DNA of 64,000 bases from an uncultured Pseudomonadota bacterium (GTDB taxonomy: Bacteria > Pseudomonadota > Alphaproteobacteria > RF32 > CAG-239), in the NCBI GenBank assembly GCA_949289935.1, contig CASEQD010000001.1:81375-145374 (forward strand). Direction: 5' to 3'. A program made the translations under genes and the position numbers. Shown piece after piece: positions 1 to 10,183 of the stretch. Every line of letters starts with the position of its first letter. Positions within the stretch are counted from its first letter, which is position 1. Under the pieces are notes generated by a model. The model saw nothing but the letters and a program-made list of their open reading frames with translations, did no database searches and had not been told where the DNA came from.

Positions 1-2
1 AA

Positions 3-1379
3 ATTTCCGAAGACGGTGATTTTTCTCTTGAAAATTCCGCTTTACCTAAAAAAGAAAATAAAAATCCGGAGGCAACAGTTTCAAAAGCTTCTTTTGACGA
101 TATTCCTCCGGTTATTTCCGAAACAAATGTTCAGATTTCGAAGGATGAAGAGCAGCCGGACACCGTCGTTTTAGCCGAAATTGAAGAAGAAAATCTTTTT
201 ATTCCGCTGCAACACGACGGTAAACTCCCCGTGTACGCCAGCAATAAAATAACCATTGACGGTGAACAGGCCAAACGGCAATTGGCAATGAAAGACGCTT
301 CGCTTCCGTTAAAACCGGTTCCTTTTCCCGCTGCGGAGGGAAGCGGGGAGCCTGCGCCAAAACCGTCCCGGGACAACAGTTTACCCGCCAACTGGAAAAT
401 AATTTCCGATATAAGAACCCAACCGTCGTCTTTCGGGCATTTTTACGAAGCACAAAAAGTCGATGTTCCCGAAATTCTTCAAGAAGAGACAAAACAAGCT
501 AAAGAACCGGATGCTGCAAAAAAAGAAACCTCAGGCAAAAGCACAACGGAAGATAAAACTTCCACCCATCTTTCTTCCGCCGGAAACGAAGCAAAGCCCG
601 AAAACTTTTCAGAAGATCTTTTACAGGAAAAAGAAACAACCCGGACTTTGAGCGAAAAAATATCTTCCATTCCTCAGGAAAAACAAACAAAAGTCGCCGG
701 AGAAGTCGTCAAAAATATTCTCATTCCCATTCCTGAAGAAATCATCAAAGATAAGAACCTCACTCCTCAACTGACATCGGATCCGAAAGACAAAGCCCTG
801 GAAAAAGAACTTGAACAGGAAGAAAACCTTTCCGGAGACGTCAAAAACGAAAGTTCTGTTTTTTTGCCGACGCATCCTCCTTTTTCTTCACAGACAGATG
901 AAAAAGAAGAAGGCGGCTTTTTTAAAAGTCTGACATCCATTTTTTCCGGCAGCAAAGGTTCTACCGGCCGGCCGGTAGATGAGGCAGATAAAAAAACTGT
1001 TTCGGAAAGCGAAAAAAATGATTTCGGCCTGCCGGAGTTGAAAGGAAAAATACTGCCTACGGAAATGAGGCTGACTTTTCAGGCCAACCGTGCGGCTATT
1101 TCGGGAAAAACATTAAAATGGGTACAGGCTTTCGGAGAAAAAGCCAAAAACAGCGAAGATATTATTATTGAAATCCGCATTGACGGAGCGACGTCTTATA
1201 CCCTTCAACAAAAGAGATTAAATTTGTTATACAATATTTTAACTAATTTGGGTTTAGACTATAACAAAATTAAAACGGTTTTCACCGTCAGAGATGCCAA
1301 TTCCTTTATTCTCAGGACGGTAAAAATGCGCGAAAACAATGAGAAAGCCATCGATCCGGCGGCGATGTACTATTTGTAA
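3..1379 (+). CDS. 5'-truncated low-complexity (E/K/S/P-rich) protein with a possible degenerate OmpA-like C-terminal domain
   Basis: Frame is open from position 3, so the start lies outside the window; C-terminal LTFQANRAAISGKTLKWVQAF...IEIRID...KRLNLLYNIL resembles the OmpA_C pattern. Confidence 0.5.
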   Translation: MSEDGDFSLENSALPKKENKNPEATVSKASFDDIPPVISETNVQISKDEEQPDTVVLAEIEEENLFIPLQHDGKLPVYASNKITIDGEQAKRQLAMKDASLPLKPVPFPAAEGSGEPAPKPSRDNSLPANWKIISDIRTQPSSFGHFYEAQKVDVPEILQEETKQAKEPDAAKKETSGKSTTEDKTSTHLSSAGNEAKPENFSEDLLQEKETTRTLSEKISSIPQEKQTKVAGEVVKNILIPIPEEIIKDKNLTPQLTSDPKDKALEKELEQEENLSGDVKNESSVFLPTHPPFSSQTDEKEEGGFFKSLTSIFSGSKGSTGRPVDEADKKTVSESEKNDFGLPELKGKILPTEMRLTFQANRAAISGKTLKWVQAFGEKAKNSEDIIIEIRIDGATSYTLQQKRLNLLYNILTNLGLDYNKIKTVFTVRDANSFILRTVKMRENNEKAIDPAAMYYL

Positions 1380-1477
1380 GTAAAGCTGGTAATAAGTTGC
1401 GACTCGACCTTGATTATTTGTTTTCAACCTGTATTATGGATGTAAAAACATAAAAAAAGTTGCTAAAGGAACACATT

Positions 1478-2125
1478 ATGATGAAAGTCAAATTAAAATT
1501 AACGGCAATAGCCCTGACTCTCTTTGTTTTGTCAGGGTGCGCAGGTATGTGGGAGCCGGCGCCGGAAATGCCTGTGGTTCCCTGTGAGGAGGAAACTTCC
1601 GACAGCAATTTTGAACAGCCGTCCGGCAATGAATTTGTCAACTATACTCAGACGGCTGCAAATTACCGAGAATACGGTGAAAGAACGCCGCGGGATCAAT
1701 ATATTACCCAGGCCGGTGCGGGAAACAATCTTTCGGCAGCCATTCCACCCCGTATAGAAGATGAGTTTATGGACTATGAAGAGGGAATACAATCAGCCGA
1801 AGGCAACGGTGATGAATATTCCGGAGATACCGTTGAAGGCTACACGCCGGAAGATCCCGTGGAAGATTGGCTGGCTGAAGAAGGCAAAACCCTTAAAGCT
1901 CTTTTGTCCGAATGGAGCGAAAAATCCGGCTGGCGTCTGGTTTGGAAATCAAACCGTAATTATACTTTGACAGCAGGCGCTATGTTCAGAGGGCGTTTTG
2001 CAGATGTCAGTTCTGCCCTGATCAGAGCTTTTGCCCGAGCAAGGCCCGCTCCGGTAGCGACGTTTTATAAAGGCAACAGAGTGTTAGTCGTTGAAACTTT
2101 TGAGGATGAGAATGCATATGAATAA
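1478..2125 (+). CDS. Type IVb pilus lipoprotein with TcpQ-like C-terminal domain (PilL/TcpQ-like)
   Basis: Lipobox LSGC; C-terminal WLAEEGKTLKALLSEWSEKSGWRLVW...FRGRF...FYKGNRVLVV; overlaps the secretin gene. Confidence 0.8.
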   Translation: MMKVKLKLTAIALTLFVLSGCAGMWEPAPEMPVVPCEEETSDSNFEQPSGNEFVNYTQTAANYREYGERTPRDQYITQAGAGNNLSAAIPPRIEDEFMDYEEGIQSAEGNGDEYSGDTVEGYTPEDPVEDWLAEEGKTLKALLSEWSEKSGWRLVWKSNRNYTLTAGAMFRGRFADVSSALIRAFARARPAPVATFYKGNRVLVVETFEDENAYE

Positions 2126-3725
2126 TTTATTGAAATACGGCGCCGGTTTAGCTCTTGTTACTATCGCGGCTGCGTGCTCCATGTCTACCAGCATGGATGC
2201 CACCCTTGAAAAAGAAGTTAAAACAACGTCTATGATGCTTGAAGCGGCAAAAGCGCCGACAGAACTGGCTCCGGATGATGTCGTCAGAGTTAAAAACGAT
2301 ATCTGGCTTGGAGATACCAGCAAAATTGAATATGACGGAGATCCGCTTCCCGGTTATCTTGAAGGCCGTGAAGGGATTACGCTTATCAGCAACCGTCCCA
2401 TTACGCTGTTTGAAATCGGCGACATGATTACGAAGATTACATCTGTTAAAGTCCGTTTTGCACCCGATGTCGGAGACGAGACGAAAAAAAGCGCCGAAAC
2501 AAACAAACCGACGCCGGAAACACTCAACGCCGACTGGACTGAACCGGACAAAATGCTTGTTTCATACAGAGGGCCGTTAAGCGGTTTGCTGGATGAAGTC
2601 GCTTCCCGTTTCGGCATTTGGTGGAAATATGACAAGCAGGAAATTTATTTTTATAAATATGTTACAAGAACGTTTGTTTTATACAGCCTGCCGACCAAGC
2701 CGTCCCTGTCCGTGCAAGTCGGCGGACAAACCGAAGGCGATAACGGCAATTCTTCCATTTCACTGACCAGCAGCGTGGAAGTTGAATTGTGGGCCAATAT
2801 TGAAAAAACAATCACATCAATGATTGAGAAAGATGCCAAACTGAGCATTGACTCGGCAAACGGCGTCATTTCGCTGACGGCAAATCCGAATGACATCAGG
2901 AAAGTGGCAAAATACATTAATGAACAGAATGCGCGTTTGTCCCGTCAGGTTGCCATCAGTGTAAAGATTTTGCAGGTTTCCGTTTCAGATTCAGATAAAT
3001 ACGGCCTTGATTTGAGCGCCGCTTTTGATGACGGACAATCGCAAGTTTCACTGCTGAGCCCGATTAACTCCCTCGGCGACGATGTTGCGAAGAATTTGGA
3101 AATGCGCATCATGCCGGGCAACTGGAATATCGGCGCCAGCCTGCAGGCTTTGTCCGAACAAGGGACAACCAACACCATTACCAGTGGTACGGTTACAACT
3201 CTAAATAACAAACCGGCGCCGATTCAAGTGGTTCGTAAACAAAATTATATTTCGGAAATTACAAAAACCAACAGTGGCGGCGACGGAGATTATTACGATA
3301 TTTCTACCGAAACCGAAGAAATCGAAACAGGTTTTACGATGAATGTTTTGCCGAGGATTCTGGAACACGGACGTATGCTTTTGATGTTTGACCTGACGCT
3401 GTCTGATTTGATTTCGCTGGAGAGAGTTCCTCTCGGTACCAATGCGGACGGTGAAGAAAGCGGGGAATATATTCAAAACCCGATTATCGAATCCCGCGGG
3501 TTTAATCAGGAAGTTGCTCTGAAATCAGGAGAATCGCTGGTTTTGACCGGCTATGAAAGAGCTGTAAACACAGCGGAAAAATCCGGCGTCGGTTCGGCGA
3601 CAAATTCTTTGTTTGGCGGTACGGCAACGGCAAGCAAAGACAGAAATATTCTCGTCATTATCCTGACCCCGGTTGTTTTGGAAACGCCGATGAATCCTGA
3701 AACCAGAGTAACAAACAGGATATAA
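2118..3725 (+). CDS. pilN: Type IVb pilus lipoprotein secretin (PilN/BfpB family)
   Basis: Lipobox AAAC; secretin motifs VTTLNNKPAPIQV, GFTMNVLPRI, LKSGESLVLTGYE, LVIILTP. Confidence 0.88.
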   Translation: MNNLLKYGAGLALVTIAAACSMSTSMDATLEKEVKTTSMMLEAAKAPTELAPDDVVRVKNDIWLGDTSKIEYDGDPLPGYLEGREGITLISNRPITLFEIGDMITKITSVKVRFAPDVGDETKKSAETNKPTPETLNADWTEPDKMLVSYRGPLSGLLDEVASRFGIWWKYDKQEIYFYKYVTRTFVLYSLPTKPSLSVQVGGQTEGDNGNSSISLTSSVEVELWANIEKTITSMIEKDAKLSIDSANGVISLTANPNDIRKVAKYINEQNARLSRQVAISVKILQVSVSDSDKYGLDLSAAFDDGQSQVSLLSPINSLGDDVAKNLEMRIMPGNWNIGASLQALSEQGTTNTITSGTVTTLNNKPAPIQVVRKQNYISEITKTNSGGDGDYYDISTETEEIETGFTMNVLPRILEHGRMLLMFDLTLSDLISLERVPLGTNADGEESGEYIQNPIIESRGFNQEVALKSGESLVLTGYERAVNTAEKSGVGSATNSLFGGTATASKDRNILVIILTPVVLETPMNPETRVTNRI

Positions 3726-3756
3726 AAGAAAACATATCGCATAAGGATGTATCAAC

Positions 3757-5031
3757 GTGCTAGAAGATGCAAAGCTATTAGATGAAGATTATGAAGAAGG
3801 CGGCACCAAAACCTGGGCGTCCAAGGTTACCGTCGACGGATTAACTTATGCTACCAACCTGTTCTGGCAGCCACTGCAAAACGTGGAAGATCCCATTTCC
3901 GATGTAAGCGAAGCTTCGGAAGGGATTTTGGAAGGCGCAGATTTGTTTTGCATCAAACAAGGCAAAGCACCTCAGTTTGGTATCTGCGTCTCCCAGCAGG
4001 GATATAAAAGCGGCGAACTGGTCGGCGCCATAACCGTTGCATCGGCATTGGAAGGCCAGTCCTCCTTCGTTGCCGTGTTTAAAGTCGATACGGGTTGGTG
4101 GTATATCTGCGTCAGAAACGATATTATTCTTTCTGACGGCGATATGGTTTTTCTGAATGAGGAAGACGCCAAAAGCCAGTTTATGTCAATGCTGGCCGTT
4201 CCGGACTGGGGCAAGAAAATTGCACCGGCAGAGTGGAACGTTGAAGGAACCGAAGAGATTGATCTTTCAACGTTGATGAAACGCGGCTCAAGAGGAAAGC
4301 TGCAAAAAATCAAGGCTTTGCGTGGTACAAAATTGCTGGTAGTGGTTTCAATTTCGGCAATTGTGGCTTTATGGCTGCTGTTTACGATTATTGACAGCAT
4401 TCTTTTGGCACCGCCCAAGCGGCCGTTGGTTGCACCGATTAAACCCAAAGTCGTTCAGCCGGTTAAAAAGATTCCCGAAATAAAGCCGTGGGAGAAGCTG
4501 ACTGACGCCAAAACACTGATGGTCAAGTGTTATGAAAATATTGCCGCCGTTTCGCAAATACTGCCGCCCGGCTGGGATATCGGCGAAGTGACATGTGACA
4601 AATCCGGCATTAAAACGGCCTGGAAGAGACATGTGGGACGGATTGTGTGGATGAACGAAGCTCTGGATAAGTCCGGCATAAAATTTTCGTCACGAAGCGT
4701 AACCGATGACGGAAACAGTATTTCAGTCGTTGCACCGGTGGGCGAGATTCCCAATGTTTCAGTTGCGCCGACGTTATCCGTCGGAGACCTGAAAGTTACT
4801 CTTAACGACTTGTTTCAGGCCATAGCTCAACCCGTGGCGATTTCGGACTATTCTTTCACGTCGCCGCAAAATACATTGTACCGTTCTGTAAAATTTAAAT
4901 TTTCTTCCGTCAATAATCCGATTGTATGGAAAGATTTGTTAACAAAATTTTCAGGACTTGAGATTATAATGATAAAATATAACAAAGACAGCGAAAGATG
5001 GGATTATGAAGGAGCGATCTATGCGTTATAA
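3757..5031 (+). CDS. Type IVb pilus accessory protein (PilO/BfpC-like)
   Basis: N-terminal NLFWQPL, WWYICVRNDIILSDGD, a single central TM helix; follows the secretin as in pil operons. Confidence 0.75.
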   Translation: MLEDAKLLDEDYEEGGTKTWASKVTVDGLTYATNLFWQPLQNVEDPISDVSEASEGILEGADLFCIKQGKAPQFGICVSQQGYKSGELVGAITVASALEGQSSFVAVFKVDTGWWYICVRNDIILSDGDMVFLNEEDAKSQFMSMLAVPDWGKKIAPAEWNVEGTEEIDLSTLMKRGSRGKLQKIKALRGTKLLVVVSISAIVALWLLFTIIDSILLAPPKRPLVAPIKPKVVQPVKKIPEIKPWEKLTDAKTLMVKCYENIAAVSQILPPGWDIGEVTCDKSGIKTAWKRHVGRIVWMNEALDKSGIKFSSRSVTDDGNSISVVAPVGEIPNVSVAPTLSVGDLKVTLNDLFQAIAQPVAISDYSFTSPQNTLYRSVKFKFSSVNNPIVWKDLLTKFSGLEIIMIKYNKDSERWDYEGAIYAL

Positions 5032-6520
5032 TATGAAAAACATTTTAAGTGGGACGGCTTTGGCTTTGTTCATCGGGCTGACGGCTCCGGCAGTTGTTTG
5101 TGCGCAGGCATTAACTCCGAACGATCTTCCCCAGCTGGATATTAATCCCCGGGGGCAGGATGCGGCCGGCGGCGTAAAAGAAATTGACGTTAATATAAAC
5201 GTTAACGAACCTATTCCTCTGGATAATGCGGCTCCGGCATCTGAAGCGCAGCCTCTTTCTTTGCAGGATAATTCTTTTGATCCTATTTTGCCGGCTGATG
5301 ACAATGCGCCTATTTTGCCGCCTGAAGGAAATGCTCCTATTTTGCCGGCAGATAATAACGCCCCTATCCTTCCGGCAGACAATGTTCATGCAGATCCGTT
5401 TCCTCCGGCAGCTCATGATCCGTTGCTGCAACCGGCTTCGAATCCGGTACCGGCTCGCGATCCGTTGCTGCCTCACGGAAATAATAACAGCCTGGATAAT
5501 GAAATTCCGGATTTAATTAATGTTGATTCAACTGAAGACGATTCTGCCTCCGGCGATGATATTCTGAATCAGATTGACAGCAACCTGTTTTCGAAAATGT
5601 CTTCCATTGAAAAGCAATCGGCGTTGCTTTCTTTGGAACTGAGACGGGAAAAAATCCGCAATGAAATTGCCGCCATAAAAGCACAGCGCAAACAAGCCGA
5701 GGAAGAAGAGCTTGCCCGTGAAGAAGAGCGGCGTATGAAAAAACAGGAATGGGAAAACGAACAACAACGGAAACTTCTGGTTGAACAACAAAAGCTGGAA
5801 GAGCTGAAAAACCAGCAAGAAGCCCTGCGTCAGGAAAAAATCGTCAAAGCCTATAAAGAAACCATGTTGCAGGAAAAGCAGGAATGGATTAAGCAGACGG
5901 CGGATATTTATAATCAGATGAAGCAGATTGAAGACGAACGCGATGCCATTATCAACGACTTCAAAATGAAGCTGAACAACCTGAAAAATATTGCCGCCAA
6001 AAACGTTGCCAGCGCACAATCGGCAAAAGAGCGTTACACGCAGGCCATTAACAGCCTGAAAACACAGTTGTCCATCGTTCAATCGAGACTGGATGCCGAA
6101 TTGAGCGCCAAAGTTGCCAAAAACAATCCGTTTGCCACAGTTCCCGATGAAAGCACAATAAAACTCAATGATGTTTATGTTATTATGGAAATTGCCGGCA
6201 AGGGAGAAAATCTGGCTGCCAAGCTGATGAATAAAAACGGCGATCGTTTTCTGGTCAGAAAGGGAACAATTTTGCAGACCGGACACATTATTGATGAAAT
6301 TACGGAGACTTATATCCGCGCGGATTTGGACGGCGTGAAAGATTATTTGTTCTTTGCGGCAGGCGGCATTCTTGACAGCGAACCACAAAAGAGTTCTGTT
6401 CTTAAGGATGCTCAGGCAGCTTTGGGCGGCGTTCAGGCTCAGGGTACGGCCGGCGGCAGCGCAGCCAATGTTAACACATCGGCAATTCCGAGCCTGGGTG
6501 AAGGAATGTTTGTCAGGTAA
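5021..6520 (+). CDS. PilP-like type IVb pilus biogenesis protein (signal peptide, Pro-rich repeats, long coiled coil, small beta C-terminal domain)
   Basis: Lies between the PilO-like gene and the ATPase; C-terminal IMEIAGKGENLAAKL...VRKGTILQTGHIIDEI. Confidence 0.6.
   Translation: MRYNMKNILSGTALALFIGLTAPAVVCAQALTPNDLPQLDINPRGQDAAGGVKEIDVNINVNEPIPLDNAAPASEAQPLSLQDNSFDPILPADDNAPILPPEGNAPILPADNNAPILPADNVHADPFPPAAHDPLLQPASNPVPARDPLLPHGNNNSLDNEIPDLINVDSTEDDSASGDDILNQIDSNLFSKMSSIEKQSALLSLELRREKIRNEIAAIKAQRKQAEEEELAREEERRMKKQEWENEQQRKLLVEQQKLEELKNQQEALRQEKIVKAYKETMLQEKQEWIKQTADIYNQMKQIEDERDAIINDFKMKLNNLKNIAAKNVASAQSAKERYTQAINSLKTQLSIVQSRLDAELSAKVAKNNPFATVPDESTIKLNDVYVIMEIAGKGENLAAKLMNKNGDRFLVRKGTILQTGHIIDEITETYIRADLDGVKDYLFFAAGGILDSEPQKSSVLKDAQAALGGVQAQGTAGGSAANVNTSAIPSLGEGMFVR
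5282..5389 (+). repeat. Four 27-nt coding tandem repeats (PILPxxxNA)
   Basis: cctattttgccg-type unit at 5282, 5309, 5336 and 5363. Confidence 0.9.
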
Positions 6521-6528
6521 ACCGGCTC

Positions 6529-8229
6529 ATGGCGGAAGATTCCGAAGAAATCAAAGAAGAACAGCCTCTGCAAAATCCGGAAGAGACTCAAACGCCGGAA
6601 GAAGCAAAGGCTGTTTCAGGTGTTGAGGCAAATGATGCTTATGACCGGCAAATAGAAAAACCGGTTAACAAAATTGAAGCTCTGTTTCAGCACGGAAACC
6701 GCCTGTTGACTCTTTCCAGCAATGCCAACCTCGTTATCAACGACGATACGCGGCGTCTGCTGGCTTTGTTTTCCGACGGGCGTTTTCTGGTGTCGGAAAC
6801 GCACAAGTTTGACGGACGCGTTCTCAGTTTTGAGGTTTTGGCCAGAAAGAAAAAGCTGCCCATCAGCAAACCCGAATATGTTTCGCAAAACGAACTAAAC
6901 GCCATTTATGCCATCGGCGAACGTTCGCAGGTTAATGTCGAGGGAGACGCGGACCTTGACCAGCTGCAAATGCAGAAAGACTTTGTTACGGTGGTGGCGC
7001 GCGCAGCATCTTCAAAAGTTTCGGATATTCACATTGTGGTCGGCAGCAGCACACAGATTATGTTTCGCACCAACGGCATGATGCAGGTGGTGATGGAATA
7101 CAGCAAAGAATGGGGCGAATCTTTTGTGCGTGCGGCTTTTGCTTCTTCGGACATTTCAGATTCCAACTATGCCCAAAACGAGTTTCAGGGTGCCCAAAAG
7201 CTTGGATCCACACCGTTGAGAGGTTCCAAGGGCAAATTGATGCTGCCGCATAACATTCTGGCTATCCGTCTGCAGTTCAACCCGATTGCTTTCGGCTCGC
7301 AATATCTGGTCATGCGTCTGCTTTATGCCGATGACAACCCGGACGGAAGCGGTGATCTGGCTTCGCTCGGTTTTGGCGAATATGAAGAAAATCTGTTTTA
7401 TCGTCTGCGGGCGGTGCCGGTGGGACTGAGTATCATCGCCGGTCCGACCGGTTCGGGAAAAAGCACAACCCTGCAGCGCAACATGATTAAGCTTCTGCAG
7501 GAAAAAAACTACGAAATCAACCTGATTACGGTGGAAGATCCGCCGGAATATCCCATTCCCGGCGCACGACAGATGCCGGTTACGAACGCCAACAGCGAAG
7601 AAGAAAAAGATGAAGAATTTACCAAGGCTTTGTCGGCGGCGCTGCGTTCCGACCCGGATGTGATGATGGTCGGCGAGGTTCGCTCCATCGCCGCGGCTGA
7701 GTTAACTTTCAAAGGCGCTTTGTCAGGGCACGGCGTGTGGACGACGCTTCACGCCAACAGCGCACCGGCAATTGTCACACGTTTGCGCGATATGGGCGTC
7801 AAAACCTTTATGTTAAACGATCCCGAACTCATCAAAGGGCTGATTTCGCAACGTTTGTTCCGCCGTCTGTGTCCGCACTGCCGGGTGTCGGTTAAGGAAC
7901 ATCTGGACTCGCCTTCCGTTCAACGACTGAAAATCGCGCTGGGCGATTTCGGAATTGAAAATACGTATATGCGCGGCCCGGGCTGCAAATATTGCGACAA
8001 TACCGGCATCAAGGGGCGCATGTGCGTTCCGGAAATCATTTTGCCGGATGCGACTTTTCTTGATTTGATGATATCCGGCGAAACGCGCAAAGCCATTGAC
8101 TATTGGACGAGCGACCTCAACGGGCGCACGCTGAAAGACGCGGCTATTGAACGCATGCTTAAAGGATATATTGATTTGGACGAGGTAGAGCGCTGGACGG
8201 GGCTGATGGATCAGCGCCCGGCTTATTAA
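6529..8229 (+). CDS. Pilus assembly ATPase (GspE/PilB family; PilQ/BfpD-like)
   Basis: Walker A GPTGSGKS, TVEDPPEY, LRSDPDVMMVGEVR, His box TTLHANS, CPHC...CKYC Zn motif. Confidence 0.93.
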   Translation: MAEDSEEIKEEQPLQNPEETQTPEEAKAVSGVEANDAYDRQIEKPVNKIEALFQHGNRLLTLSSNANLVINDDTRRLLALFSDGRFLVSETHKFDGRVLSFEVLARKKKLPISKPEYVSQNELNAIYAIGERSQVNVEGDADLDQLQMQKDFVTVVARAASSKVSDIHIVVGSSTQIMFRTNGMMQVVMEYSKEWGESFVRAAFASSDISDSNYAQNEFQGAQKLGSTPLRGSKGKLMLPHNILAIRLQFNPIAFGSQYLVMRLLYADDNPDGSGDLASLGFGEYEENLFYRLRAVPVGLSIIAGPTGSGKSTTLQRNMIKLLQEKNYEINLITVEDPPEYPIPGARQMPVTNANSEEEKDEEFTKALSAALRSDPDVMMVGEVRSIAAAELTFKGALSGHGVWTTLHANSAPAIVTRLRDMGVKTFMLNDPELIKGLISQRLFRRLCPHCRVSVKEHLDSPSVQRLKIALGDFGIENTYMRGPGCKYCDNTGIKGRMCVPEIILPDATFLDLMISGETRKAIDYWTSDLNGRTLKDAAIERMLKGYIDLDEVERWTGLMDQRPAY

Positions 8230-8251
8230 CCGCTGAAAGGAAAGGTTTTCC

Positions 8252-9382
8252 ATGGAAGAAAAAGAAAAGGAAAGAAAAAAGCAGACCTCCCTCGACAAGG
8301 CCATGAGAAGCCTTGGTACGGTGGAAGTGTATTATGCCAAAATGATTTGCCGGATGTCTAACGGCGTCAGGCTGAAAATCTACCGTAAGCTGGCATCGCT
8401 GCTCCGGAACCGTTTTTCGTTGATGAATGCGCTTGATCTTATTCATAACGGGTTCAGCAACGGCGGACGAAACCCCAAAGAGCCGATGGCCATCGCCATT
8501 GCCGCCTGGGGACGCGCGCTCCAAAACGGGCAGCCTTTTTCGGAAGCATTGCGCGGTTGGGCGCCGAATCGTGAAAGACTTATGCTTTCGGTGGGCGATG
8601 TATCGGACATGGAAAGCGCCATTCTCAACCTTATCCGTGTTTCGGAAGGTACGACAAAAATGATCCGGCCGATTGTGGGCGCCATTACTTATCCGTCTTT
8701 TTTGTTTATGATGTCGGTGTTGATTATTTATGCCATCGGGGCTTTTATGGTTCCGCCCATGCTCGAGGCGGCGCCGAACGTGCGCTGGCGGGGCATGGCA
8801 GCCGATTTGGTCGATTTGTCTTATTGGATAAGAGACAACTGGGTTTTTGCCTTTTCCCTTCTGCCGGTTATCGGCTGTACCATTTATTTTACCATCGGGG
8901 TATGGACCGGCCGGGCAAGAGCCTTTTTTGACCATATTCCGCCCTGGTCGCTGTATAAAATTTTTTCGGGATTAAGCTGGCTGTTGTCTTTGTCGGCTCT
9001 GGTCGGCAGCGGCACGCCTGTTTCAACAGCTTTGCGCGCGCTGCGGCGCGATGCCAACCGTTATCTCAAAGAGAGAATCGACAAGACGCTTGTTTTTGTC
9101 AACAACGGCGACAACCTCGGACAGGCTTTGTTTAAAACCGGGCTTGACTATCCGGATCCGGAAATTATCAACGATTTGAAAATTTATTCCGAACTGGACA
9201 ATTTTGAAGAAGCCCTGACGAATCTGGCTACGGAATGGCTGGATGAGAGCGTCTATATGATTGAAAACAAGGCTTCCATTTTGAACATGATTGCCATTCT
9301 GACCGTGGCGGGCATTATTGCCTGGGCGGTGATGGGCACGTTTGAAATGCAAGACCAGATTACCAGCTCTATGGGAATTTAG
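8252..9382 (+). CDS. Inner-membrane platform protein (GspF family; PilR/BfpE-like)
   Basis: Two GspF-like repeats with three TM segments; directly after the ATPase. Confidence 0.88.
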   Translation: MEEKEKERKKQTSLDKAMRSLGTVEVYYAKMICRMSNGVRLKIYRKLASLLRNRFSLMNALDLIHNGFSNGGRNPKEPMAIAIAAWGRALQNGQPFSEALRGWAPNRERLMLSVGDVSDMESAILNLIRVSEGTTKMIRPIVGAITYPSFLFMMSVLIIYAIGAFMVPPMLEAAPNVRWRGMAADLVDLSYWIRDNWVFAFSLLPVIGCTIYFTIGVWTGRARAFFDHIPPWSLYKIFSGLSWLLSLSALVGSGTPVSTALRALRRDANRYLKERIDKTLVFVNNGDNLGQALFKTGLDYPDPEIINDLKIYSELDNFEEALTNLATEWLDESVYMIENKASILNMIAILTVAGIIAWAVMGTFEMQDQITSSMGI

Positions 9383-9386
9383 CGGC

Positions 9387-10013
9387 ATGAAAAAATTAAC
9401 GTCCTTATGGAACGAAGCAAAGAAAAAAACAAAGGGAATCGCGGCAAAACTGTCTTTCAAAAAGCGGCGGCCGGCTCTTTCGCGGCGGGATTGGCAGATT
9501 GCCGGCGGACTTGCGGTTGTGGCGGCGCTTATCGGCATTATCATTGCTTCTCTTCCCAAGGCTGACAAACAGGCCGCCGCCGCGGTGAATGAAATTTTTG
9601 CTCTGGCGGACGGCATTCGCAGCACGTATCGCGCCAAACCCAATTATTGGGGGCTGGATACGGCTTCGGCGCTGGCAGAGGGAATCGTTCCGCCCGCGTT
9701 GGTAAAAAAAGGCGGAATCGTCAACAGTCTGGGACAGGATATGTTAATCGGCAGCGGGGCGGCAGCGGAAACGGTTATGCCCGGTAGCCGGGGGTTTGAC
9801 ATTGTGCTGCCCCGAACCGGCAAAAAGGCCTGCATGCTGCTGATGAGCGCCAAACTCAATGAACGGCAACAACTGGGACTGGCGGGCGTAACGTTGAAAA
9901 ACTCGGCGGAAACCCTTTATTCCTGGGGCGGAGAAAACCGTTTTCCGCTGGAAATTTTGCAAACCCGCAAGGCTTGCGAAAACAGCAATATTATTATCTG
10001 GCATTTTGAATGA
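9387..10013 (+). CDS. PilS-like pilin-fold protein without a canonical prepilin cleavage motif
   Basis: Basic N-terminus, TM helix, then IVNSLGQDMLIG...FDIVLP...KKACMLL...C, paralleling the neighbouring pilin. Confidence 0.6.
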   Translation: MKKLTSLWNEAKKKTKGIAAKLSFKKRRPALSRRDWQIAGGLAVVAALIGIIIASLPKADKQAAAAVNEIFALADGIRSTYRAKPNYWGLDTASALAEGIVPPALVKKGGIVNSLGQDMLIGSGAAAETVMPGSRGFDIVLPRTGKKACMLLMSAKLNERQQLGLAGVTLKNSAETLYSWGGENRFPLEILQTRKACENSNIIIWHFE

Positions 10014-10183
10014 AAAATTTACAAAAAATTAAACCTCTCGTGTTTATAATAGCTTAAATTCCCGCTGGGCAGACGAGTGATTTGTATATTAACATATTGT
10101 CAAAGCGTGAAAAATGAGCTATTATGTAAAATAGTGTAGTGTGTGAAAAAATTGCAACAGAATTTTATGGCAGGAGAAAAGAG

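Noticed and set aside
5528-6388. Long antisense ORFs (e.g. 5528-6388, 8159-8935, 34318-35298, 51622-52509)
   Set aside because: Shadow frames opposite well-supported genes, with no motifs of their own
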